DNA of 64,000 bases from Paecilomyces variotii. Taxonomy: Eukaryota. Positions within the stretch are counted from its first letter, which is position 1. Each line of letters starts with the position of its first letter. Below, piece by piece: positions 51,071-62,743 of this stretch. Location: the NCBI GenBank assembly GCA_004022145.1, contig RCNU01000003.1; one strand, given 5' to 3'. A program made the position numbers and the translations under genes. The notes below the pieces were generated by a model. The model saw only the letters and a program-made list of their open reading frames with translations. It did not search any database and had not been told where the DNA came from.

Positions 51071-51924
51071 ATTCCGGACCCGGAACAGGCAAGAGGAACG
51101 ACGGACAGGCGCGCTAGGCCGAACTGGGCCAGTTAGGGCATCCTCCACTAGGGCTTAGGGTATCATCCGCACCGCCCGGCTTGCGCCCTAGCAGCCAAGG
51201 ACATTCTTCGCACGGCCGCTGGTCAGAGTCCGTCTCAGCGCCGTCGGAGGCACTGCTGAGACCACCAGCGCGAAGCAGTCTGGACGGGACAGGAGACAGG
51301 GGAGAGAAACAGAGACTGAGACTGGTTCCTCGCAAATCGAGTAGTCCATATCGATGCTAGATTCTAGAATTACTACTACTACAGTACTACTAGATAGTTA
51401 TCAACTTGTTTACGGGCGAGAACGGGCTGTTTCTGGTTGCTGGCCAGATCCCCGCCAGGAGCAGAGAAAGGCCAATCAGCAGCCAGAACACGCTGAGTCA
51501 GCCGGAGGACGCGCAATCGCCTCGGCCTTGCTTTTCTATTCTTGGTTCCCCTTCGGCGCTGCTCCTCGTTCCCCCTTAGAAGCAGTTAGAGAGACCGGAT
51601 CCTCTCCTCCATCGCCAGACCAGAGACCATCTCGACTCCGGTCGTTTCCCATTGCCGTTCCCGCTCATTCTGTCTTCTCACCCTCTTTATCATCCTCCTT
51701 TTCTCCCCTCATTCGACCTCACACCATCGTTTCGACGTCTTCCCCCATCCATCAACCAATTCTCCAGCTCTGGTAGCCGCTCCGTACTGATCCCTTGAAC
51801 GACTACCATTCACACCACCACCGCCCGTCACGGTAACCCTCGCGACAACATCTCCCTGACCGACGCATCAATCGAGTGGAGGCAACCAGGAGAAGAAGAA
51901 AAAAAAAATTTCTTGGAAACCATC

Positions 51925-53811
51925 ATGACGACTCTCGCAGAGCAGTCGATGCCGTCGACTTCCTCGTCGGCATCACCCATGTCGAATATCAACGCCTGCT
52001 ACGATCCCGATATCGACTCCTTCATCAATCTCGATCAGCTCACATATACCTCCGCCGATTCCGCCCGGCCCAAGCCTGCCTTGATCTCACAGCCCTCAGT
52101 CGCCAGCTCAGAGTCAAGTACCGGTGACATTGGCACCAACAGTCAGCCCCAGATTCCCTTCCCAGGCCCCAGTCATCAATACGATGACCACAAGCAGCAG
52201 ACGCCGCTACCACCCGGTGGATTGGCCCATGCGATGGCCTTCAGCAACAACAATGGAATGAATTTCACCATGGGCGCCCAGGGATTCCCAATTAACGGCA
52301 ACGTGTACGGAGGAATGAGCGTCAAGCACGAAGAGACTCCCATCGATTTTGGAAGCGTGCCCGCCCGCAATCCGTCGGAGATGGATCTCGACTTCTTCTC
52401 CAACCAGCCCAACCGCAACCAATTCGTCGACCCTAACGCCCTGGGCGGACATGAACTGTCCCCGGTCGGTCCACCCGCTCAGGTTGGCCGCATGTACCCC
52501 GGAATGCACCAGCAGCAGGCCGCCATGGCCAAGGCCGCGCAGCAGCAGAGACAGCATGAGATGATGCGTCAGCAGCAGCAGTTCCAGCAGCGCCGCATGG
52601 AGGAGCAGGCTCGCCAGACTGGCCGCCAAGCGCGCCCCAACCGTCATCCGGATCCTGTGGTCGAGGAGCGCATCTCCCGGTTGTTGCAACAGATGAGACA
52701 GAGCAGTGTCACTTCGCAGGAGGACGCCTCGCCGCCCTCGATCCTGCCCCAGATGGCCAAGGCCAAGAAGGATGAGGAGGAGATGGATGAGGACGAGAGA
52801 CTCCTGGCCAGTGAGGAGGGCAAGAAGCTCAGCAGCAAGGAGCGCCGCCAGCTGCGCAACAAAGTGTCTGCTCGCGCTTTCCGCTCTCGCCGGAAGGGTA
52901 CAGTTTTACCATCTACAGCCCCGTTAATCTTGACGTGCTAATCTTTTGTCTTAGAATACATCGGCCAGCTTGAAGGCGAAGTCGCGGTTAAGACCAACGA
53001 GGCGAACGAACTGCGCATGCAGAACCGTGCGCTCTTCGAGGAGAATGCCCGCCTGACAGATCTGACTCGCATGCTCCTTTCGTCTCCCCACTTCTCTTCC
53101 TTTCTCAATGACTTCAGTCTAAACGGAATTCCTTCGTCTCAGCCCCAGCAGCAACAGCAGGTTCAGCCGGCCGTCGTGTCTCAGCCTCAGATGCAGCAAA
53201 ACCACCAGAAGGATGTGAACCCGGCCCGTGTTGCACAGGATTTCCAGATGCAGCAGAACCCCCAGGTTGGCATGGTCATGGTCCCCGAACAGAGCGTCAA
53301 TGTCCCGACCATGGACATGAACCCCAGTGGTTGGAATTCCGGGATCGATATGAACTTTACGAACGCTCCTGTTTTTGCTGTTTTTGAGGTGCCGGAACCT
53401 GTCATTGACACTGGCGTGCTCTGCGGAAAGTCATCGAACTTTGTTGGTTCTGAAGTGCTAGAAACCTCCAAGGACGAATTTCCATCTCTGGAGCGCCCGC
53501 CGGTCCCTGAAGCGCCCAAGGAGAAGACCAACGTTGGCACTCCTAACCCTGATGTGGAAATCGATGAATCCGACCCCGCCTTTGCTCTCTTCCTGGACTC
53601 GCCCCCAGTTTCGCAGTCGTCATCACCCGAGAAGGTCCAGAACCTGTTCGATGGTGTCGAGTCTGAGAAGGTTCTTTCCACCTTCGAGCTGGTCGTGGAA
53701 GATGAGTCGACTGAAGTCAGCGCTGTTACCATGCGCCGTTTCGAGCGCCTGTGCCACAGCATGGAAGCCGCCTTCCAGCGTGTGTCCATGGTCACCGCTC
53801 ATCTTGTTTGA
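51925..53811 (+). CDS. bZIP transcription factor (resembles LziP/Ada-1 type); 2 exons
   Basis: Basic region KKLSSKERRQLRNKVSARAFRSRRK|EYIGQLEGEV spans intron 52898-52954; Q-rich regions. Confidence 0.88.
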
Positions 53812-54398
53812 ATCTACTGTGTGATCGTGATAGGGAAAATTCAGGTGTTGAGGTGAAATGTATTGCCGTGTCATCGGCCAGGCTGCGGTGACGGACAGGT
53901 TCTTCATCGATGCTCTCGTTCAGGACATAACGATTTTTCATATGTTCATTATCCTTCGTGACTCGTCTCCATCGGTTGTATTTTCTTTCTATCGACGCCA
54001 TTCGACATCGGGCAGTTTTGTAAGGTCTGGCGTTCAAGAGGGTTGTGTTTTTACTGGGAATATCGTGTGAGGGAAACCAGGGATTGGAACCATCTGTACT
54101 GGCAGGCGACCAGATCTATCTACATATGCGTAGCAGCAATAGCTGAAATCAAAATGCAATATAACATAGAATAGCCGATTTTGAGAATGTAGTCTTCATC
54201 ATCAGAGTTGCGAGAGTTGCGAGAATTGAGAGAGATTACTATACCTAATCATAGGTGGGATCCTTATTCGGGCCTAGCCTCGCCTCCGTAGTTGACGCAG
54301 AAAATTTGGGACTTGCGGAGGTGATACAGTAACTTTTTGGAACCAACCCAGGAGCCCTCAACATCGGTGCTGGATCCCACAAGACATGAAGGCGTGAA

Positions 54399-57300
54399 AT
54401 GTGGACTGGTTAATCTCTAGCATCTTGAATTTGCTAACCGTTGTCTTCTTCCACCAGCCAAGTTGGCTTCTCCTCGTCTGTCCGGGGGGCTGCTCTTGAA
54501 AGCTCTCCGCGCAGTCACGCCCCCATCGTCCAGCTGCTTTTCAAGTCGCGGTAGCTTCCCCAGCCATTTCATCCTTCGAGCATTGTCTCGTCCCGCAGCA
54601 GGCTGCGCTCGAGTTTCTTTTTCCACAACTGCACGCGCCCTCAAGTCGCAACCTGGGCAGTTCCGCTCGAAATCTGGACGGCCTCCCCTCAACCCCGACG
54701 TTGTTGTCTTCCCTGCTCCGAAGCTCGACTCGAACAGCTCTGGAACAAACCGTTATATCGTCTATGATCCTTCCTCCACTAAATTCAGCGGACTTGACCA
54801 TTTGCCTAGTCCTTCTCCGGGAAACAAACCAATGAAGTTCTTCTACCAGATCCTCACGACGCCTACGGCGGACACGCCAGGCACGACTCTACTGCTCAAT
54901 TTCCCCGAAAAGCGCTACTTCTTCGGTCAGATATCAGAGGGTACTCAGCGGGCATGTACGGAGCGCGGGGTCAGATTGTCCTATCTTACGGACATCTTCC
55001 TGACTGGTCGAACGGAGTGGGCGAATAATGGAGGACTGATCGGAGCGGTCCTGACCCAGGCGGACGCGATAGCCAATGCTGCGGCAGCTATTGCAGACTC
55101 TGAGCGTGAGAAGGAGGCCCGCCGTAGAGCAAACGAGACACCCGAACAGACTGCTGAACGGCTGCGCAGCCAGGAGCCTGAGATGAAGCATGGGGCTCCC
55201 TATGCTTTACGGGACGGTGAGTTGGTGATGCAGAGGGGCCATCTGACCATCCATGGGGGCCGGAACCTGACCCATACGCTGGCCACGGCGAGGAGGTTTG
55301 TTTTCCGTAAGGGCATGCCAGTGTATGTTAAGGAGTACGATTCGGAAAACCTGTCCAGATCAGAAGCGGCGGGAACGACAGATCCCTTCGAGCAGCCTAC
55401 TTTCACTGATAATAACATCAAAGTCTGGGCAATGGCGATTAGTCCTTCTGGTGCACCCAACAAGAGCCCTAAAAGTCCGCGGAAGAGAAGCCTGGACGAG
55501 TTCCAGGAGCGAGAAAGTACGGAAAGAAGTCTGGACCAGCGTACTAAGGACCAGCTGATGCGTCAGTCGGTTGTTTCCGATATGTTCAACTCTTCCTGGC
55601 GTTTAGACTCGTTGATTGAGATGCCCTTGGCGACTGTCAAGATGCCAGCCACCATTTTCGTCCGCAACCCAGTGACGAAGGATCTTGAACAGTACAAGGG
55701 TCCCATGCCAGGAGATGACAAGCCTCTGCCAGATATCCGGGTTCTTGTTCGTCAACCCTGGCCTGGTGCGTCGATCGAGAAGCTCCCACCGACCACTCGT
55801 TCGGAAGAAGCGCTGTCCTACATCGTCAAGAACCACGACATCAGAGGTAAATTCGACCCGAAAAAGGCACAGGAATTGAAAGTTCCCAAGGGACCATCGT
55901 ATGCTGCTCTGACCAGGGGCCAGAGCGTGCAATCGGAGGACGGCAAGACGATCACTCCGGACATGGTTCTCGGACCACCACGCCTTGGGAGAGGAACCGC
56001 CATTATCGACTTGCCCACTCCGGACTACGTTGAGAATCTGGTGAATCGCCCTGAGTGGAAATCGCCTGCTATCACAAACAACTTAGAGGCCTTTTTGTGG
56101 ATTCTGGGACCTGGTGTCGGTGAACATCCACGGCTGAGGGAATTCGTTGCTAGCTGGCCGCACTGCAAGCATATAGTATCGGGCACGGATTACTGTCCCA
56201 ACTACCTGGCTCTGCACAGCGTTGCAGGGTCATCTATCCGCCTGGCGAAGCTCAAGGGTGATAGCTACTCCATCCCTTTCCATGACAATGTGACCCTCCC
56301 ACAACCTGGAACGCCCACTGCTGGTTCCAAGTCTACGGTAGAGTCTATCAAGAACTCTCCCTTCCAGCCTGCTGAACGTGGTCTGATTCTCGATATGGAG
56401 CCGAATTTCGGAGTCAACCGATCAGAGGTCGTGCCTCTGTTTAACCCTTCTCTTACAGTCTCGCGTATCCCTCGCTCCGTGGAACAACGTATGAAAGCCA
56501 TTCGTCGAAGAGTCAGCAAGCCGTCTTTCCAGCAAGAATTGGAGGACTTGCAGAAAAGCATACCTGGCGCAGATGCGGAGATCATTACCCTAGGAACAGG
56601 GTCGTCCGTGCCATCCAAGTACCGCAACGTCTCTGCTACGCTGGTCAAGGTTCCAGGTCATGGATATTATCTACTCGACTGCGGTGAAAATACTCTTGGC
56701 CAGTTGAAACGCGTCTTTGGACCTGAGCAGTTGAAGGAGGTTCTGCAGAATCTCCGGATGATCTGGGTCAGTCATCTGCATGCGGACCATCATCTGGGCA
56801 CCGCCTCTGTGATCAAAGCATGGTACAGGGAGAACTACGGGGACCGTCCTGATTCAACCGAGATGATAGAAATGGACATGGCCAAGATCCTTCAGGATAA
56901 ACGTCTGTTTGTCGTGTCCGAGGAGATGATGATTGGCTGGCTAGAGGAATACGCCTCGGTGGAGAACTACGGTTTCGACAAACTTGTCCCTCTGGCAGTC
57001 TATCCGTATCACAAGGAAGGTAGTATCAAGACCACCTTGAGATATCGCCATGTCCGTGGCGACGGTACCTATCCAGGAAGTGAAGCTGTTGATGCTAGAC
57101 CTCGCACGACAGATATGACCTTTGAAGATACCAACTCTCCATTGACGAAGCTTCTTCGGGAGCGTACGGGTCTCGCAGACCTCCTCACCACTAGGGTCAA
57201 TCACTGTCGTGGAGCCATGGCTGTTTCACTGGTGTTCCCGGATTCCTTCAAGGTGTCTTACTCTGGTGACTGTCGTCCCTCTGCCAACTTTGCCACCATC

Positions 57301-58077
57301 GGACGTGACTCCACTGTTCTCATCCACGAAGCCACGTTTCAAGATGACATGGGTGTGTCGGCCATTGCCAAGAAGCACTCTACAACCGCAGAGGCCCTCG
57401 AGGTCGGCCGTCAGATGCAAGCCCGTACTATCCTTCTGACCCACTTCAGTCAACGTTACCAGAAAGTGGCCAGCGCGGAACAGCGCATGGGAACTGTCAA
57501 AAACGAGGACCCTGCTGCCGTTGCTGCTATTGCTGCAGCAGAGCCCAGACCCGTGGACATACCTGTCGACGAAGCCGATTCGAACGAAATCAATGTATCC
57601 GGAAACCAGCCTCGTGAAGATCGCAAGGCTCCAGTTGCTGTCGCCTTTGACTACATGCGCCTACGTGTTGGCGATATCCCTGTCGCTCAGGCCTATGCTC
57701 CAGCACTTGAGAAGCTGTTTGAAATTTTGGAACGCGCTGCAGCTGAAGATGCTTTCAGGGTGAAGGAAGAGCAGCAGCAGCAGCAGACGGAAAACAAAAA
57801 CCAAAAGAACAAGCAGAACAAGCAGAACAAGCAGAAGGGCAAGAAAGGAAAGCAGCAAGAACCAGCCGTCTCTCCGGGAGCAATGGACCTGGACACCACA
57901 AAGGCCCATAACGTCGTCAAGAGGCGCGTTTCTGTTTGGAGTGCTAGTGAGAGCGAGGAGGGCTGGAGTGTCAGTGAGACTGAAAGCGAGTCGAATTACC
58001 GTAGGAGGTCCAGCCGGAGCCGCAGCCGCAGCCGCAGTCGGAGTGGAAGTGACGCGAGGATGAAGGGCTCCTCTTGA
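54399..58077 (+). CDS. TRZ1: RNase Z (long-form tRNase Z); long isoform from ATG 54399 via a 10-nt coding exon, short isoform from ATG 54832
   Basis: EGTQR, TLGTGSSVPSKYRN, SHLHADHH, YSGDCRP, HEAT and THFSQRY motifs; candidate intron 54409-54457. Confidence 0.9.
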
Positions 58078-58815
58078 ATATATCGGCCATTCTTGGTATA
58101 TAACGATATCATGTACTACTATAAATAAATAAACACTCTCATAGATATAGAGAACCATGGCAAGTAGCCTAGATAAATGCGATGAAAATCCATACTTTGG
58201 CATCGGGCTCGGCTCCTAGTCGCAGATTCAACCACTGTACTTAAGCAATCCTCTTACCACTCTCAAAAGATAAAAAGTATACAACTTAAGATCAACTCCA
58301 ACAGCCCTTTCAATCTTCCCTTCCTTATACTCCTTCGTCCTCTCCCGAAGTATCATCCACTCCACGCACGCCTTTACGTTTTATTAATGTCCGAAATAAT
58401 CCTACAGGCATATCTGTCATCCCTTCTGCAGAAAACATCTACGGTATCAAATGGAACTGCCTATCGGGGTTATCGCGTCTATTAGTCTAGTTATCGAGTC
58501 TATTAGTTATCTATATGCCGATGAACTACTGTTTTTTTTTTCATATAGGGTTTTAGAGAGATAATACTCTTTTATTTGCGATATGAGGAGACTTTTTCTT
58601 GCTATTTAGATAGATGCGTTTCTAATCGTTTATTTTACTGAACTGTAAACATCGTGATTGCAAAGTAGAGAATGTAATGTAAGAATCGTCAAATCTTTTT
58701 GCTCAGCAATCATCCAATATACATCGGTAATACTCATGGCTTATTTTTTCCAGATGAGATCCGGCTCATTGAATCATCTCCTCACGCTGACATTGGTTCT
58801 GTTATCACTCATCTA

Positions 58816-60708
58816 CTAGTATCCTGATGGGATTTTCTCCTTTCCATCCTTGCCAAATAGTCCCTCTCCGATGTTTTCCAGACATTCCTCTCTCCAATCC
58901 TTCGGAGTGAACTTGTCTGCAATCTCCTTGAATGCCTCCAACGTACAGAATGTGTCGTCTCCAGGAAGGTGGTTCTCTGGCTTAGCGGCACAGCCAGGTA
59001 TTCTCATGGGGCGGTCGTTATATCGGATACGGACATAGTGCTGTCGTAGGACGCCTCTGGTAGCTGGAGGATAGCTGTCCAGGGGCTTGCGGGCGAGGTC
59101 GGATGGCGAAGGAGGGGAGGGAGATGATCGGCCTGTGAAAAAAGACAGAAGGCCCGACTTGGGAACTGTATCCTTTGAGGCAGGGTTGTATAGCTCGTCC
59201 AGGACAGCTCCTGCGGCGTCAACCCCGGCGGGCTCGGTCGAGCTTCTCGTCTTCTTAGAGAAAAGCTCAATCGCAACCGATGAGGTGAAAGGCGGCCACT
59301 CTGGGTTCTCGAAAGCGCCCATGCTGGTCAAAATAGCAGCCAGAGTAGTATCGTGGCATCCGCTGAGAGCAAACTTGATAGGAGTTCCCGTATCCGAGGT
59401 GCTAGCAGCAGTCGTGTCACTGCGCCAACCACCCTCAACCGCTGTGCTGACCATGCGATCAACGATGTCTCCCACCAGAGCACCGATGCCCAATCTCCGG
59501 TATTCCGCGCTCTCTCTGTACCCAGAGTACCACTCGTCTACAGCGATCTTGTGTATATACTCCCTGGCCTTAGGATCGTAGAACTCTGATGGGAGCTTCG
59601 TGGCCGGTCCGTGAGCCAGTGAAGCATTGATGGTGTCCATGATTCCGGAAAGACGAGGGTGGGAGTCGACAGCGACCCGAGGGTAACTGGGGTGCATCCA
59701 TTTAGACCATAGTTTGTTCAGATAGTCCATTTCCTCGGATTCATTCCCTAAACAGTGCGTTAGCCATTGTAAACCAGATTTCAGCAGATGGCATACATGT
59801 GTCTGCCGCTCTCTGGGCAAACGCTCTGGCGAGCTGCCTGAAACGACGGCAGTTGCCCTCATTTGGGAAAAGGTTCTCCTCCGCAACACTGCGTCCCACG
59901 ATAACAGGAGGCGGGAAATCAGCCGTACGAGCGTGTGCGGGATACATGCCCCAAAACACCTGTTGTAGAGATTCCAGAGCCCGGGGGATTGGAGTTGTAC
60001 GAAGGTACATGTCTTCAGCGTGAGATTTTATCTTTGGCATGAAGCCCAGTTTGTCGACATAGAGATATCTCAGCCGCTGGCCGAGAGCAAAGGTCGTTTG
60101 TCGTCCCTTGTCTGTCAGCTCACCCAGCTGACTATCCATCTTGTTAGATAGAATGCTCCCAGATTCGTGTTCTTGCCATTGACTCACCAGATGCCTTCTA
60201 TTTCTCCCTCAGGACCGAGTGAGACGACTGCTTCGTCGTTTCGTCCAAAGGCTTCCATCTTCCGTCGCCATTGAAAGCTATTCCATTGTGAAAGGTCCTC
60301 ATTGCTGGCTACCATCGCAGTCATGCGGCGGGCCACACTGCAATAGGGCCAATCTAACTATCGCATCAGCGGATGAACGAGGATATCTGACAGGCATTTA
60401 TTACATGGTGGCAGCCCTGCCTGTTAAAAGTCAGCTAGTGGGATCGACAATTGGAAGCGGGAGGTCCATACATTCTGAAATCTGGACGACACAGGCGTTC
60501 TCTCGCCTACCACGGTCAGTTGGGATCATGGAATGAGCGTCAATGGCAAATACCGTGTCGAAGGAACTGTATGATCGTCAGGGACCCCCAACTAACTCGC
60601 CTTATCGAAGTCACTCACCACTTGAACCAATTGAAGCTGCAGGCCCTTGGGATACAGACGCTCGAGCTCCTCCTTCGAGTAGGGCTCGCGGGGTACAAGC
60701 GATGTCAT
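58816..60708 (-). CDS. Histidine acid phosphatase (ACP6-like); 7 exons
   Basis: MTSLVPREPYS start; spliced FLRHGERTPV catalytic motif; LGELTDKG and CHDTT; exons 60708-60619, 60566-60554, 60506-60472, 60420-60405, 60353-60188, 60131-59797, 59747-58816. Confidence 0.88.
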
Positions 60709-61144
60709 CGTGGACAATGGCCTTCGAGATCGATCACCAACACTTCAGACAGACGGAGACAAGGATATATCGCAAGCTCACAGCTCCCAACAGCTGCTGG
60801 GCCAACGGAAACGAACCGGCGATCTCCAACGCACCGCTTTTGCACTTATGACGTGGGAGGCAGGCGGTGAGCTACTTAAGTAAGTACGCGGAAGTTCCAT
60901 TTTGTCCGAGCTGAATCGTCGATCGAGTCGAATAATTGTTTTAATGCTGCTCTTTGGGCAGATTTTTATATACATTACATATTTTATAACCATTGCTACC
61001 AACTAGTCTATACATAATCCTCTGTTATGTCCCGCAGGGACAATCTTACGACATGAATCAGACTGATGTTTGGCCGGACCCCGGTCTTTCTCTTTGCAGA
61101 CCGTCCTATCCGATATGTCAAAACGATGAGTTCACGTCTGAACT

Positions 61145-62098
61145 TCATTGACTCTTCTCCTTCCTGTCTGCATCTTCCTTCAGCTGTCTTAGACGGCCTG
61201 TCGCGGCAGAAAGCATGACTCCCCGAGGAAGCACGTCAAACCCGAGACCCTGCAGTCTATGCCACCAATATCCCCAGACCAAGTGTTCACCACATCCAAC
61301 TCTGTTCAAAGCTGCGCTTGCCATCGTCCTGCCTGTAGGCGCGAAGAGGTTTGCATTGATGTCCATCGCGGCCGTGCTGACGCTGCCGACACGAAGTGCC
61401 ATAACCTCGATGTTCCTCCCGTATGCTTTCATCTCCGCATTGAGGGCGCCGGAAAACGAGTCAATATAACCCTTTGAGGCGCTGTAAATACTGAGCCACG
61501 GGAAGCCTGCAGAGGCTATAGAAGAGACGTTCAAGACGAGACTAGGCTCATTCTTCTCCAGGACAGGCAGGAGAACCCGCGTAATATGCGTCGTGAACCT
61601 TGCATTTAGACCCAGCAGGTACTCGACTTCATCGTGCGTCATCTCGTCAAGGCGTTTGTATGTATTGGACACGCCTGTCTGGCCACCGACATTGTTGACG
61701 AGGACTTTGAGATTGGCATCGCCGACTTCACGCGCAATGGCATCGATATCTTCAGTCGACCCGCCAGCGTTGAAGACAATTATCTTTGTTTTGGCAGCGG
61801 GGAATTCTGCCTTCAGCCGTTCCTGAATGCCTAGCAGCTTTTCGCGGTTCCGGCCGTGGAGGAAGACATTGAATCCCCGTCTACACAGCTCCTGTGCAAA
61901 GCCGAGACCGATTCCATCGCTGGCGCCAGTGACAAGCGCCCAAGTTTCCTTATCCTTGGAGCGATATTTGTCAAGTGAAGATGGTCGAAGGTAAATGTAA
62001 AGGTGTCGCGCGAATTGCGTGAACAGGTAAAATGACGTAGCAGCTCCCGCGAAGGTCAGCGCATCCGTTACTGAAGAAGGGACCTTGATCGTTGTCAT
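61145..62098 (-). CDS. SDR of the 17-beta-HSD3 / 3-ketoacyl-CoA reductase-like subgroup
   Basis: N-terminal hydrophobic segment; WALVTGASDGIG, LVNNVG and YSASK motifs. Confidence 0.85.
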   Translation of the reverse strand: MTTIKVPSSVTDALTFAGAATSFYLFTQFARHLYIYLRPSSLDKYRSKDKETWALVTGASDGIGLGFAQELCRRGFNVFLHGRNREKLLGIQERLKAEFPAAKTKIIVFNAGGSTEDIDAIAREVGDANLKVLVNNVGGQTGVSNTYKRLDEMTHDEVEYLLGLNARFTTHITRVLLPVLEKNEPSLVLNVSSIASAGFPWLSIYSASKGYIDSFSGALNAEMKAYGRNIEVMALRVGSVSTAAMDINANLFAPTGRTMASAALNRVGCGEHLVWGYWWHRLQGLGFDVLPRGVMLSAATGRLRQLKEDADRKEKSQ

Positions 62099-62743
62099 TA
62101 TGTCGTTCCTTTTTGGAAGTGACTATATCAATTTCCTCCGCAACAAAATTATACCAGTCAATTTTGTCGAGCAGTCGGGTTAATTTGAAGCGTACGATTC
62201 AGTCCTTGGTTGAATCTTCTGTTCGGAGGAACGAGACATCGTTTGGCCGATCACAACATTCTCCAGCATACTTATGCCGAGCCGCACCACAATGACGCTT
62301 CCACTAACAAGAAGTCTTCTGGTAGAGGGTTTAGGAGGATGCGAAGGCTCGAATCACAGGCTGGCATGCTCTGTTTCTTCCCTTCATTAGGTAAATGCAG
62401 GACACTACGAGCCTGTGCGTTCTTGTCATCGCGGAGTGTATCACAGGTGAAACCGCCAGCCGCGTGTTCGCGACATCAACCATCGGATTTTCTTTGATCG
62501 ACTTGGCGGCATTTAACCAAATAATGAAGAGCTCGAACATCGTTTCATCTCTGCCAAGTTTCTAAAGTTATCCTAGCCGAGTTTCGCAGCTGTTAAGCAA
62601 ATTTGACCCGAATGCGAGAATTGCCTGTCGATTTGAAGTCTATCACATGAGATCCAATGACCTAGAATATACTATATAATGGCATCAACATGGCATCAAC
62701 ACAGCAGATTTCCTTTGGTAGATCTACCTAATAGTCGCCGCCC

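Noticed and set aside
58460..58650. AT-rich stretch with a ~20-bp imperfect tandem repeat between TRZ1 and the acid phosphatase
   Set aside because: No terminal repeats or target duplication found; compatible with ordinary convergent terminator DNA.
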